Origin: an uncultured Kangiella sp.
GTDB lineage: Bacteria; Pseudomonadota; Gammaproteobacteria; Enterobacterales; Kangiellaceae
Length of the DNA stretch: 64,000 bases
Direction: 5' to 3'
NCBI GenBank assembly: GCA_947503435.1
Contig: CANNDL010000001.1
Location: 83,469-147,468, forward strand
Every line of letters starts with the position of its first letter. Positions within the stretch are counted from its first letter, which is position 1. A model generated the notes under the pieces. The model did no database searches, had not been told where the DNA came from, and worked only from the letters and a program-made list of their open reading frames with translations. This document shows positions 28,630 to 38,648 of this stretch, piece by piece. A program made the translations under genes and the position numbers.

Positions 28630-30357
28630 TTGTCTCGTTTACTTTTCCTATTCTTTTTTACTTTTTTTTCCTTATCGATTGAGGCTAATGCTTCAATCGA
28701 TGAGGAATTAGAGTATTTAATAAAAATTAATGGAATAAGTAGTGACTTAGCAAGTAATAAAATTAAGGAACTTGAAAACCGATGGTCCGAATTTGAGACC
28801 GATGATCAAAGGGCAGAGTTTTACTTGCAAAAAGGGTACTTCCACTTACTAAGAAGTGATTTTTCTGAAGCACGAGCCGTACTTGAAAAAGCCTTAGCAC
28901 TTTCCTCGATATCGGCAGATAATAAGGTTGTTGCTTATAATTTTTTGTCACAAATTGCAAAGGGCGAGAATGATTATTTAGAATCGTTTGAGTACCTATT
29001 TAAAGCACTAGAAATTATCCCAGAATTAAAAGAGCCTAAGCAAAAGATAGCTTTTTATCACAGCTCCTCTAATACACTAATACAGATGGGGTTCTGGAAT
29101 GAGGCACTTACTTACTCCAAAATTGCTTTGGATATATCAGAAGAATCGAATATAGAAATTAGCAAGTGCTATTTACAGGCTCAAATTTACGAAATTCATA
29201 ATAAAATGGGAATTGCTCAGGGCTTGGCTAAAAATATTGAGAAGGTCATTAATGAGTGTGAAGAGCACGACATATCGTTGCTATTAGCTAATTTATACCG
29301 AAGTTTAGGAAATAACCATCTTTATACTGGGGATCTAGGGTCTGCTTATACAGCATTAGAGCTGTCCAGAGATTATTTAAAAGAAAACCCTTATCAGCCA
29401 GAAAGAATGGAATTGTTTTATAGCTTAGCTTCATTGTATTTCCAGCAAGGTGATATTCAGAAGTCTGAGTATTATATAAAAATGATCTTAGATAGTGAGA
29501 AGAATGACTGGAGTTACCTTGAATATGAAATCTATGAATTATTATCTAAATTAGAGGAAAAAAAGGGTTCTGCTGCAAGTGCCAATAAATATTTGCTTGA
29601 TGCTTATGAAGCTAAAATTGAACGGTTCGAAGAGAGAAACAGACTTGGCTTGATATATCAGAAAGTTAAATATTCAAATTTAGAAAGTGAAGCTCAGATT
29701 AAGATCTTGGACCAGGAAAATGAACTTTTAAAGCTAAATTCCGAAGTCCAAGCTCAATCAAAAAGAATTTATCAGCTGTTTTCGGTAATTACCGCGTTAT
29801 TAGTGGCACTAATTACACTTATGTTTTTGAGAACAAAAAAACTAAAAGAGCGTTATCAAGAGCTTTCTAGAAAAGATGGATTAACGGGCGTTTTATCGAG
29901 GCGTTACGCTCTTAAGATTGCAAAGGACGTGCATAGTAAAAGCATTGCCAATGATCATAAGTATAGTTTAGTGGTTTTTGACTTAGATTATTTCAAATCA
30001 ATTAATGATAGGTATGGACACGCCATTGGTGATTGGGTTTTAAAGCAAGTTACCGAAAAAGTTTCGTCGCAGATTCGCAAAGTTGATGCGTTTGGCCGTT
30101 TAGGCGGTGAGGAATTTATTTTGGTTCTACCCGATACTGAATCACAAGAAGCAAAAATGTTAGCCGAGCGTTGTTTAGAAGCAATTAAGACTATTCAGCA
30201 TGATGTATTTGATGATCATTATGTTGTAACTGCTAGTTTTGGCGTTGCGACTTATCCAGAGTTTAAAGATTTAGAAGCTCTAATTCAAAATGCGGATGAT
30301 GCTATGTATAAAGCCAAGCAAATGGGACGCAATCAGATCTTTAGTTTTGCTCAATAA
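28630..30357 (+). CDS. Membrane diguanylate cyclase: signal/TM, periplasmic TPR-like helical domain, TM, GGDEF
   Basis: Hydrophobic N-terminus, TPR-like repeats, TM near residues 379-399, DLDYFKSINDRYGHAIGD, RKVD I-site and GGEEF active site. Confidence 0.92.
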   Translation: MSRLLFLFFFTFFSLSIEANASIDEELEYLIKINGISSDLASNKIKELENRWSEFETDDQRAEFYLQKGYFHLLRSDFSEARAVLEKALALSSISADNKVVAYNFLSQIAKGENDYLESFEYLFKALEIIPELKEPKQKIAFYHSSSNTLIQMGFWNEALTYSKIALDISEESNIEISKCYLQAQIYEIHNKMGIAQGLAKNIEKVINECEEHDISLLLANLYRSLGNNHLYTGDLGSAYTALELSRDYLKENPYQPERMELFYSLASLYFQQGDIQKSEYYIKMILDSEKNDWSYLEYEIYELLSKLEEKKGSAASANKYLLDAYEAKIERFEERNRLGLIYQKVKYSNLESEAQIKILDQENELLKLNSEVQAQSKRIYQLFSVITALLVALITLMFLRTKKLKERYQELSRKDGLTGVLSRRYALKIAKDVHSKSIANDHKYSLVVFDLDYFKSINDRYGHAIGDWVLKQVTEKVSSQIRKVDAFGRLGGEEFILVLPDTESQEAKMLAERCLEAIKTIQHDVFDDHYVVTASFGVATYPEFKDLEALIQNADDAMYKAKQMGRNQIFSFAQ

Positions 30358-30385
30358 TAAGCACTAATTTTAAAAAGAATAAATT

Positions 30386-31189
30386 ATGAATAAAAAAGGT
30401 TCTTTAACCTGTATCGGTACAGGTATCACTCTAGCAGGACAAATCACTAAAATTTCTGAAAGCTATTTGCAAACTGCAGATATTGTTTATGGAATCTTAC
30501 CTGACTTTATGTCTGAAGAATGGATTAAAAGTTTAAATCCTAACTATCAAAGTTTACAGCCGCTTTATGGAGAAGGTAAATCCCGACGACAAACCTATCG
30601 CGAAATGACTGACATGGTTTGTGATGCTGTAAGAGATGGGAAGCGAGTTGTGTTAGCGCTTTATGGTCACCCCGGAATATTTGCCTGCGTTGGGTATTAC
30701 GCGATTGAAGATTTAAAGAAAGAGGGATACATAGCCAAGATGTTGCCAGGAGTTTCTGCTGACGCTTGTCTTTATGCTGATTTAGGCTTTGATCCTGGAA
30801 ACTATGGATGTCAAAACTATGAAGCCAGTCAGTTCCTATTTAGAGGTTTAACTCCAAACGTAGGATCATATTTAATTTTATGGCAGATAGCATTAGCCGG
30901 AGAGCACACACTTAAAACTTTTAAAACTTCAAAAGGAAATTTGCAAGCAACAGTGCGTATCTTAAATAAATATTATCCACTAGATCACGAAGTGATTATT
31001 TATGAAGCTCCTTTTCTACCCATTCAAGAACCAAGAATTGATAGGTTTCCATTGAAAGACTTACCCGAAATTAAGTTGAAGTCTATTTCAACTATGGTGA
31101 TACCGCCATTAACGCCATTGGAACTTAGCCAAGAAGCGCTAGAAGAATTTGGGTTGAAGATTACAGACTTTGGGCAAGAGTCTAAATAA
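30386..31189 (+). CDS. Borosin peptide backbone alpha-N-methyltransferase (SonM-like, tetrapyrrole methylase fold)
   Basis: GSLTCIGTGI, Y61/R67/Y71 (LY...SRRQTY), LYGHPG (Y93), PGVSADACLYADLGFDPG, YEASQF, LWQI, YPLDHEVIIYEA. Confidence 0.92.
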   Translation: MNKKGSLTCIGTGITLAGQITKISESYLQTADIVYGILPDFMSEEWIKSLNPNYQSLQPLYGEGKSRRQTYREMTDMVCDAVRDGKRVVLALYGHPGIFACVGYYAIEDLKKEGYIAKMLPGVSADACLYADLGFDPGNYGCQNYEASQFLFRGLTPNVGSYLILWQIALAGEHTLKTFKTSKGNLQATVRILNKYYPLDHEVIIYEAPFLPIQEPRIDRFPLKDLPEIKLKSISTMVIPPLTPLELSQEALEEFGLKITDFGQESK

Positions 31190-31207
31190 TTCTTATTGAT
31201 AGGACAT

Positions 31208-31236
31208 AAAAAAGCCCGCGAAACGCGGGCTTTTTT
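31208..31236. terminator. Bidirectional intrinsic terminator
   Basis: AAAAAA-GCCCGCG-AAA-CGCGGGC-TTTTTT. Confidence 0.9.
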
Positions 31237-31250
31237 ATTACTGAAAGAAA

Positions 31251-33860
31251 TTATACTTTCTTCAACTCTAAGGCTGCTTTAACCAAGTCTTTAACGTACT
31301 GGTTATGAGCTTTAGTCGCTTCTGATTGCCAGAAAGCTGTATCAGCATCGGCATCAATGTTCTTCAGCTGTTGACGAGCTAATGCAACACTCTGATTGCT
31401 ATAGCCAGCTTTGCCATTTGACTGAACGATACGTGCTAAACCTTTGATGTACTCAATCTGTAAATTTTGACGCATAGAGTTCACATCGCCAGAATCACCT
31501 TTAAAGATAGCGTTAGTTAAATCACTCATCACTTCTGATAATTCGTATTCATTGCCATACATTGCTGAGTCAATGATACGTTTTTGAACTACAGGGTGAA
31601 GTAATTGAACCAGCACACCACGCTGAGTGTTTAAAGCCCAGTCATGAACTTTTGGATCTTCAGTAAAGCTGAAGTGATTGAAGCCACGACGTTGCAATTG
31701 TAGCTTGCTTAAAATGTCTTTATTAAAATCAAAAGCATCTTCTGCAAAGATATATTTAGCTAACGCATTCATGGCTTCTTTCTGCTTGGTTTTCTCAACT
31801 GGCTGGAATGGCTCAGTTGCGCCAGGTTGTCCAGCAAATCCACGATCTAAATAAACACCACCAATGTAGCGTGAGATAGTACGAGCGTGGCCACCGTATT
31901 GGCGATATAGAGCACCGAAACCATTCACAAGGCCTTGGTAAGAATCGCCTTCTTTAACCAGACGGCCGACTAATTGATCTTCAACGTTACGGATATGATC
32001 CATTTGACCAACTGCGAAACCAACTGCGTCCGAAGTCATGTCACCAACGTTAATGCGTGGGTCAATGGCTTTACCAGGAGAGCGCATATCATCCGCATCG
32101 TTACCAAACGCTAATTCAGGTTCAGTAGAGCGTGCTAATAAAGCAGTCATTCTGTCTTTTTCAGCGTCGGCATTTCCTAGAGAAGGTTTATAACCAAACT
32201 CAATTGCCCATAAATCGTATGGACCGGGAGTGGTGGTATAGAAATTACCTTGCTTTCCATCAGTAGCAAAGTTAATTGCCGGATAGTCCATCACTGATCC
32301 TGTCAAACCGACTGAAGCAGTTTTATTTTTATCACTGACCGAATCTAAGTCATGCAATTGGCTTGATTTCATGTTGTGGTTCAGACCAAGGGTGTGACCA
32401 ACTTCGTGTAATACTAAGAAGTGGATGAAGTCGTATAAGAAGTCTGAAACTTCTTCAGGGCTATCGACCATCGCTTCCATCATCATGCGGCCATCCATCG
32501 CGTCTTGGTACATAGCCTTATGGATGTTGGTGTCATACTCAAGTGATTCTTCCATCGCTTGTTCCATGCTGATAGCTTCTGTTGCCATCAACTCTTCAGC
32601 AAAAGCGATACGATTAAATACTGAGTATTCCAACATGATATCAGCGCCAAGCAACTGACCAGTGCGCGGGTTAGCAAAACTTGGGCCATAACCACCGAAT
32701 GGAGGGCGTGGAGATGAAGTCCAACGTAAAACGTTATAACGAATATCGCCCGCATCCCATTCAGCATCATCAGGCTGAACTTTTACTTGGATGGCATTTT
32801 TAAAGCCGGCTTTTTCAAAAGCTTTATTCCACTCAAGAGTCGCGTGTTTTACCGTTTCGCGAATATGCTCAGGAGTCGTATTTTCAATCCACCATACGAT
32901 TGGTTCAACCGGCTCTGAAAGCTCAGCTGTTGGGTCTTTTTTCTCTAAGTGCCAGCGACGAATCACATCACGATAAGGCGTGTGATCAGCCACCGCAGTC
33001 ATATCGTGCACTTGATTCATAAAGTAGCCTACGCGCGGATCGTCATAACGAGGCATGTAATTATTTTCTGGGACTTCAATCATTGAGTGACGAACACTGA
33101 CTTCGATTGAACGAGGATCGGTTACCGCGAATAATCCTGGGGTTACCGTTCTTGCTTGAGGAACGATTGGGGCAGGGTTGTCGTAAACATACTCTACTTG
33201 GAAGTCTGTGTTTTCTGGGTAATTATCGATTTCAACGTATTTAGTTTTGCTTTTGCTTAATTTGCCTAAACCTAAACGCGTACCCGGCTTAGTGCCTGGT
33301 CGTGGCGATGGTTTAATTTGCAGTAAAGACTCCGATAAGAACAGTTTATCGGCATCAATTAATATATCACCAGTATCTTTATCTTCGGCAATGATCGGTA
33401 AACTACTAATTACCGGACTATTGATGTTGGCATCTTTAGCTTTAGAAACGGCATTTTCTGGATCAAAGTAAAAACTGGTATTTTCAGCTTTGAATTCGAT
33501 GTTTTTGTAATGACGGTCAATGGAGTAAATTCGTGCGCCGGCATAAGCACCACGGAATGCAGCTACACCTACTAAGCCATCACTCACTTGCGCGAAGTGT
33601 AAAAACTCTTTACCAAGTTGGTCTTTTTTAATGACCATTTTTAATTTGCCAGTTTTAGGGTCTTGGTATAAATCGAATAAACCTTCGATTTTGGTCATGT
33701 CCTTAACAGTTTCTTGGATAGTTTTAGCTGCTTTTTGCTCTTTTTTAGCCTTGGCAGGAGCAGCTGCTTCAGCCACAGGGGCGGTAAACGCTACTGTTGA
33801 GCCTAATAAAGCAATTGCAAGCGCTTGGCTTACTTTATTGATTTTCATGTGATTCCCCAC
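31251..33860 (-). CDS. Secreted zinc-dependent metalloprotease (metzincin; DUF5117/DUF4953-type)
   Basis: Signal peptide, HEVGHTLGLNHN (HExxHxxGxxH), Met-turn GSVMDYP, DPRVGYF; the start may be the ATG at 33848. Confidence 0.9.
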   Translation of the reverse strand: MGNHMKINKVSQALAIALLGSTVAFTAPVAEAAAPAKAKKEQKAAKTIQETVKDMTKIEGLFDLYQDPKTGKLKMVIKKDQLGKEFLHFAQVSDGLVGVAAFRGAYAGARIYSIDRHYKNIEFKAENTSFYFDPENAVSKAKDANINSPVISSLPIIAEDKDTGDILIDADKLFLSESLLQIKPSPRPGTKPGTRLGLGKLSKSKTKYVEIDNYPENTDFQVEYVYDNPAPIVPQARTVTPGLFAVTDPRSIEVSVRHSMIEVPENNYMPRYDDPRVGYFMNQVHDMTAVADHTPYRDVIRRWHLEKKDPTAELSEPVEPIVWWIENTTPEHIRETVKHATLEWNKAFEKAGFKNAIQVKVQPDDAEWDAGDIRYNVLRWTSSPRPPFGGYGPSFANPRTGQLLGADIMLEYSVFNRIAFAEELMATEAISMEQAMEESLEYDTNIHKAMYQDAMDGRMMMEAMVDSPEEVSDFLYDFIHFLVLHEVGHTLGLNHNMKSSQLHDLDSVSDKNKTASVGLTGSVMDYPAINFATDGKQGNFYTTTPGPYDLWAIEFGYKPSLGNADAEKDRMTALLARSTEPELAFGNDADDMRSPGKAIDPRINVGDMTSDAVGFAVGQMDHIRNVEDQLVGRLVKEGDSYQGLVNGFGALYRQYGGHARTISRYIGGVYLDRGFAGQPGATEPFQPVEKTKQKEAMNALAKYIFAEDAFDFNKDILSKLQLQRRGFNHFSFTEDPKVHDWALNTQRGVLVQLLHPVVQKRIIDSAMYGNEYELSEVMSDLTNAIFKGDSGDVNSMRQNLQIEYIKGLARIVQSNGKAGYSNQSVALARQQLKNIDADADTAFWQSEATKAHNQYVKDLVKAALELKKV

Positions 33861-33986
33861 GGGTAATAGATATTCTAAAAAATTCCAACACTCTTTTTAC
33901 CAACATATCAGGTAAGGCTCAATCGGAAAATGTAACCAGATATAAACAATTCTCTATATCTTGATGTTCATATAGAAATCACCGAA

Positions 33987-34020
33987 CTGACATCTTACTG
34001 TCATTAACAATATCTATGAT
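33987..34020 (+). promoter_or_regulatory. Pho box plus -10 element (PhoB-type promoter)
   Basis: CTGACAT-CTTA-CTGTCAT, 10-nt spacer, TATGAT; same geometry as the pst-locus promoters in this window. Confidence 0.75.
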
Positions 34021-34055
34021 GGCGTCATCTTGAGTACTTATTGTGGAGAAGAATT

Positions 34056-34136
34056 ATGGATGAGTATGCAGAGCAACTAACAATGCTAGTGATTGCATCG
34101 ATTATATTCGCTTCATTAGTAATACTATTTGCTTAG
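34056..34136 (+). CDS. Putative 26-aa single-TM microprotein (MDEYAEQLTMLVIASIIFASLVILFA)
   Basis: RBS GGAG 7 nt upstream of the ATG, Pho-box promoter upstream, hairpin downstream; too short for the ORF track. Confidence 0.6.
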   Translation: MDEYAEQLTMLVIASIIFASLVILFA

Positions 34137-34150
34137 CGGTAAGTATGGAC

Positions 34151-34181
34151 AGCCCTGACAACTATCTTTCAGGGCTTATTT
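34151..34181 (+). terminator. Hairpin between the microprotein gene and the uvrA 3' end
   Basis: AGCCCTGA-10 nt-TCAGGGCT followed by TATTT on the + strand. Confidence 0.6.
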
Positions 34182-34190
34182 AATGGCTAG

Positions 34191-37016
34191 TCAAGATAAC
34201 ATCGGTTTTAAGTATTTACCGGTAAATGATCCTTTGGTTTTAGCCACTTTTTCTGGCGTGCCTGTTGCTATGATTTGTCCACCCTTATTGCCGCCCTCGG
34301 GCCCTAGATCTACAATCCAGTCGGCAGTCTTAATCACATCCAAGTTATGCTCAATGACGATCAATGTATTGCCGTGATCGCGTAGGCGGTGTAACACTTT
34401 CAATAATTGGTTAACATCGTGGAAGTGTAAGCCAGTAGTGGGCTCATCAAGAATGTATAGAGTTTTTCCTGTATCGCGCTTTGATAATTCGCGCGACAGC
34501 TTAACCCTTTGTGCTTCACCGCCTGAAATAGTAGTCGCGGATTGACCTAAGGTGATATAGGACAAGCCAACATCAATTAAAGTCTGTAATTTGCGGGCTA
34601 TGACTGGAATGGCATCGAAATATTCACGTGCATCTTCTACTGTCATCTGCAGCACTTCATTAATGTTTTTGCCTTTGTACAGAATTTCTAGGGTTTCGCG
34701 ATTATAGCGTTTGCCTTTACACACATCACAGGCCACATACACATCTGGTAAGAAGTGCATTTCGACTTTAATTACGCCATCGCCTTGGCACGCTTCACAG
34801 CGTCCGCCTTTAACGTTGAAACTAAAGCGACCAGGTTTATAGCCGCGAGCACGCGACTCTTGTGTACCAGCAAACAATTCACGAATTGGTGTGAAAATGC
34901 CGGTATAAGTAGCAGGGTTAGAGCGCGGGGTTCGACCGATTGGGCTTTGATCAATATCTACAACTTTATCGATATTTTCTAAGCCAGAAATCGACTCGTA
35001 TTTTTTTGCTTGCAGACTTGAGCGGTTGATTTCTCTTGCCACAATTGGGTAAAGGGTATCGTTAATTAAGGTCGATTTACCAGAGCCAGAAACGCCAGTA
35101 ACACAGGTCATCAATCCCACAGGAATTTCTAAATCAACACTATTTAGGTTGTTGCCTTGAGCGCCTTTAACTTGAATAGTCTTATCTTTATTGTATGGGG
35201 TGCGCTCTTTCGGCACTGAAATTTCTTTTGCACCAGTTAAGTACTGTGCAGTTAAGGAATTTTTGTTTTTCTTAACTTGTGCCAATGAACCTTTGCCAAC
35301 AATCTCACCACCATGGACGCCTGCACCAGGGCCAATATCTACGATATAGTCGGCCGCGCGTATAGCATCTTCATCGTGTTCAACCACTATGACCGTATTA
35401 CCTAAATCGCGTAAGTGAGTCAGAGTCGTTAATAACCGGTCATTATCGCGCTGATGTAAACCAATTGATGGCTCGTCTAATATATACATTACGCCTACTA
35501 AGCCTGCGCCAATTTGGCTAGCTAATCGAATACGCTGCGCTTCGCCTCCCGAAAGTGTGTCGGCGCTCCGCTCCATGGTTAAATAATCTAAACCCACATT
35601 AACTAAGAAGCTCAAGCGGTCACCAATTTCTTTTAAAACTTTAGATGCAATTTCACCGCGTTTACCAGGTAATGATAATTTGGCAAAATATTCGAAAGCT
35701 TCTTCGATCGACCAGCGGGTCACTTGGTGAATGGCGGTATCTTCAATTAATACATTTCGTGAATCTTCATTCAATCGGGTGCCATCGCAATCGTTACAAG
35801 ACTGAGTGGTCATGTATTTAAGCAAGTCATCCCGTACAGCGCCTGACTCAGTTTCGCGGAAACGGCGCTGCATATTGGGAATAATGCCTTCAAAAGTGTG
35901 AGTGCGACGGTAAACGGCACCTTTATCATTGTTATATTCAAATTCTATTTCAGTACGGCCACTTCCAAACAGTATGACTTTTTGAATTTTCTTAGGAAGC
36001 GATGACCATGGGGCTTCAATATCAAAATCATAATGCTTAGCAAGTGATTTCAACATATGGAAATAATAAACGTTACGTCTATCCCAACCGCGAATTGCCC
36101 CACCAGCCAGTGAAACCTCGTCATTGGTAATGATTTTCTCAGCATCGAAAAATTGATCAACACCTAATCCGTCACAAGTTTGACAGGCGCCAGCAGGATT
36201 ATTAAAAGAAAAAACTCTTGGTTCCAATTCCGGGATTGAGTGACCACATGTGGGGCAGGCATATTTTGCTGAGAAGACCATTTCTTCAAAACTCGGATCT
36301 TCATCCATATGTGCTACGCGAGCTATACCTTCTGCTAATTCCAGTGCGGTTTCAAAGGATTCTGCTAATCGTTGCTGTAAGCCTTCTTTGACTTTGAAGC
36401 GGTCGACAATGACTTCAATAGTATGCTTTTTATAGAGGTCTAACTCTGGTGCCTCAGCCAAGTCATAGACAATGCCATCTATACGGGCTCGAACAAAGCC
36501 TTTAGCCTGCAACTCTTGAATCAGCTGAACATGCTCACCTTTTCGATTCTGTACCACTGGCGATAACAGCATTAACTTGCTGCCTTCTGGCTGGTCTAGT
36601 ACTAAATCGACCATTTGCGAAACAGTTTGCGCTTCTAAGGGTAAGTGATGAGTAGGACAGTGGGGCGTTCCAACACGGGCAAACAATAGGCGTAAATAGT
36701 CATAAATTTCAGTAATAGTACCTACTGTAGATCGTGGATTATGAGAAGTAGATTTTTGTTCAATCGAAATCGCTGGTGATAGTCCTTCGATATGATCCAC
36801 ATCGGGCTTTTCCATCAAAGATAAAAATTGACGCGCATACGCCGACAAGGACTCAACATAGCGACGTTGACCTTCGGCATACAAGGTATCAAAAGCAAGT
36901 GAGGACTTACCTGAGCCAGAAAGACCAGTAATGACGATTAACTTATCACGAGGAAGTGTTAAGTCGACATTCTTTAAGTTATGAGTTTTGGCGCCGCGTA
37001 TTTCGATGGTATCCAT
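34191..37016 (-). CDS. uvrA: Excinuclease ABC subunit A
   Basis: [44 protein letters not shown]; start taken as the ATG at 37016. Confidence 0.98.
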   Translation of the reverse strand: MDTIEIRGAKTHNLKNVDLTLPRDKLIVITGLSGSGKSSLAFDTLYAEGQRRYVESLSAYARQFLSLMEKPDVDHIEGLSPAISIEQKSTSHNPRSTVGTITEIYDYLRLLFARVGTPHCPTHHLPLEAQTVSQMVDLVLDQPEGSKLMLLSPVVQNRKGEHVQLIQELQAKGFVRARIDGIVYDLAEAPELDLYKKHTIEVIVDRFKVKEGLQQRLAESFETALELAEGIARVAHMDEDPSFEEMVFSAKYACPTCGHSIPELEPRVFSFNNPAGACQTCDGLGVDQFFDAEKIITNDEVSLAGGAIRGWDRRNVYYFHMLKSLAKHYDFDIEAPWSSLPKKIQKVILFGSGRTEIEFEYNNDKGAVYRRTHTFEGIIPNMQRRFRETESGAVRDDLLKYMTTQSCNDCDGTRLNEDSRNVLIEDTAIHQVTRWSIEEAFEYFAKLSLPGKRGEIASKVLKEIGDRLSFLVNVGLDYLTMERSADTLSGGEAQRIRLASQIGAGLVGVMYILDEPSIGLHQRDNDRLLTTLTHLRDLGNTVIVVEHDEDAIRAADYIVDIGPGAGVHGGEIVGKGSLAQVKKNKNSLTAQYLTGAKEISVPKERTPYNKDKTIQVKGAQGNNLNSVDLEIPVGLMTCVTGVSGSGKSTLINDTLYPIVAREINRSSLQAKKYESISGLENIDKVVDIDQSPIGRTPRSNPATYTGIFTPIRELFAGTQESRARGYKPGRFSFNVKGGRCEACQGDGVIKVEMHFLPDVYVACDVCKGKRYNRETLEILYKGKNINEVLQMTVEDAREYFDAIPVIARKLQTLIDVGLSYITLGQSATTISGGEAQRVKLSRELSKRDTGKTLYILDEPTTGLHFHDVNQLLKVLHRLRDHGNTLIVIEHNLDVIKTADWIVDLGPEGGNKGGQIIATGTPEKVAKTKGSFTGKYLKPMLS

Positions 37017-37349
37017 AGAGGTTTCGCTAAATATTAGAGTAGTGACAATAGTCAAAATTGGCTTTTATAAAAAGGCCAAAACGAACCCGATACTATAACG
37101 CTTTTTGCCAAAATACGAAATGCGTATTCGGCTTTAATTATAGAGATGACTGACAAAGTGGATAGAAATTAACCCGTTAAATTATAGATTAATGCTAAAG
37201 TCAGCAAGTCGTGTAAAGCTTATGCTTAATGCTCATAATCAAAACTACCTTTCGCTGCAAAAAGCGGATAAGATAGTGCGATTGAATTTTTCACATTAAG
37301 CCCAATCATAATTATAAGTGGTTGAAATAAATAATAATTTGGAGGCAGC

Positions 37350-37820
37350 ATGGCCAGTCGTGGCGTTAACAAAGTCATTCTAGTAGGTAATTTAGGTAAA
37401 GATCCGGAAGTTCGCTATACGCCGGATGGGCGCGCTATTGCCAATATCACTGTGGCAACTTCAGAAACTTGGAAAGATAAGAATTCTGGTCAGCAACAAG
37501 AAAAAACCGAATGGCACCGCGTAGTGATTTTCGGCAAGTTGGCAGAAATCGCTGGCGAATATTTGCGTAAAGGTTCGCAAGTCTATTTGGAAGGCAAATT
37601 ACAAACTCGTAAATGGCAAGATCAATCGGGTGCCGATCGTTATAGTACAGAAGTCGTACTCGATTTTAATGGCGTTATGCAAATGCTCGGTGGTCGCCAA
37701 GGTGGCGGTGAAGCGGCGTTTGGTGGTCAAGGTGGCGGTGCTCCGCAACAAAAACCACAACAACAAGCTCCAGTGGCCCCACCAGTAGATGATGATTTTG
37801 ACGACGATATTCCATTTTAG
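37350..37820 (+). CDS. ssb: Single-stranded DNA-binding protein
   Basis: [23 protein letters not shown]...DFDDDIPF. Confidence 0.98.
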   Translation: MASRGVNKVILVGNLGKDPEVRYTPDGRAIANITVATSETWKDKNSGQQQEKTEWHRVVIFGKLAEIAGEYLRKGSQVYLEGKLQTRKWQDQSGADRYSTEVVLDFNGVMQMLGGRQGGGEAAFGGQGGGAPQQKPQQQAPVAPPVDDDFDDDIPF

Positions 37821-37896
37821 GTCGAAATATAAACAATTGATTTAATGAAAAAGATCCTTATATTAAAAAACATAAGTTAAACAAGGAGAAATCTTA

Positions 37897-38607
37897 ATGA
37901 GCTATGAAGACGTAAATGATGCTTATCGCACGCCCGTTAGCCGTGTTAGTGTTGATCGCCGCAGTGCTTTTATTACTAAAACCTATAACCACCTGTTAGC
38001 GTCAATTGTGGCGTTTACTTTAATCAGTGTGTATTTCTATCAATCTGGTATTTCACACAAGATACTAAATTTTATTTCTCAATTCGGCTACGGCTGGATG
38101 GTTCTATTTGGTGGATTCATTGCCGCAAGTTGGATTGCAACTCATTTAGCCCACAGCTCGCAATCAAAAGTGACGCAATATTCGAGTCTAATCGGCTTTA
38201 TTATTGCTGAAGCCATTATATTTGCACCGATGCTGTTAATCGCCTCAGCTATGGCGGGTGACATTATTCAAAGCGCTGCTGTTGTAACGTTGGTAGGCTT
38301 CGGTATCTTGACGGCTATTGTCTTCTTTACTCGTAAAGATTTTTCTTTCATGCGTGGCATGTTGATGTGGGGTGGTGGTTTAGCCTTATTAGCTATCGTT
38401 GCTTCCATGATCTTTGGCTTCCACCTAGGAACCTGGTTTAGTGTTGCGATGGTAGGTTTAGCTGGCGCTGCAATATTGTATGATACCTCGAACGTATTGC
38501 ACCATTATCCAGAAGATCGCTATGTTGGCGCTGCATTGCAGCTGTTTGCAAGTGTTGCCATGATGTTCTGGTATATCTTGCGAATCTTTATGTCGAGCAA
38601 CGACTAG
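37897..38607 (+). CDS. Bax inhibitor-1/YccA family membrane protein
   Basis: Seven TM helices, RKDFSFM, ILYDTSNV, ALQLFASVAMMFWYILRI. Confidence 0.88.
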   Translation: MSYEDVNDAYRTPVSRVSVDRRSAFITKTYNHLLASIVAFTLISVYFYQSGISHKILNFISQFGYGWMVLFGGFIAASWIATHLAHSSQSKVTQYSSLIGFIIAEAIIFAPMLLIASAMAGDIIQSAAVVTLVGFGILTAIVFFTRKDFSFMRGMLMWGGGLALLAIVASMIFGFHLGTWFSVAMVGLAGAAILYDTSNVLHHYPEDRYVGAALQLFASVAMMFWYILRIFMSSND

Positions 38608-38623
38608 TCTAAAGAAATTTGAG

Positions 38624-38648
38624 AAAGCGGCCTTTAGGCCGTTTTTTT
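38624..38648 (+). terminator. Intrinsic terminator
   Basis: GCGGCC-TTTA-GGCCGT followed by a T run. Confidence 0.75.

Noticed and set aside
30386-31189. Annotation as a cobalamin/siroheme tetrapyrrole methylase
   Set aside because: Same fold, but the motifs are borosin-type, a SonA-like precursor lies in the same operon, and there are no cob/cbi/cysG neighbours
37017-37349. Expected LexA (SOS) box between uvrA and ssb
   Set aside because: No CTG-N10-CAG found by eye on either strand, so none is reported; a non-canonical motif cannot be excluded
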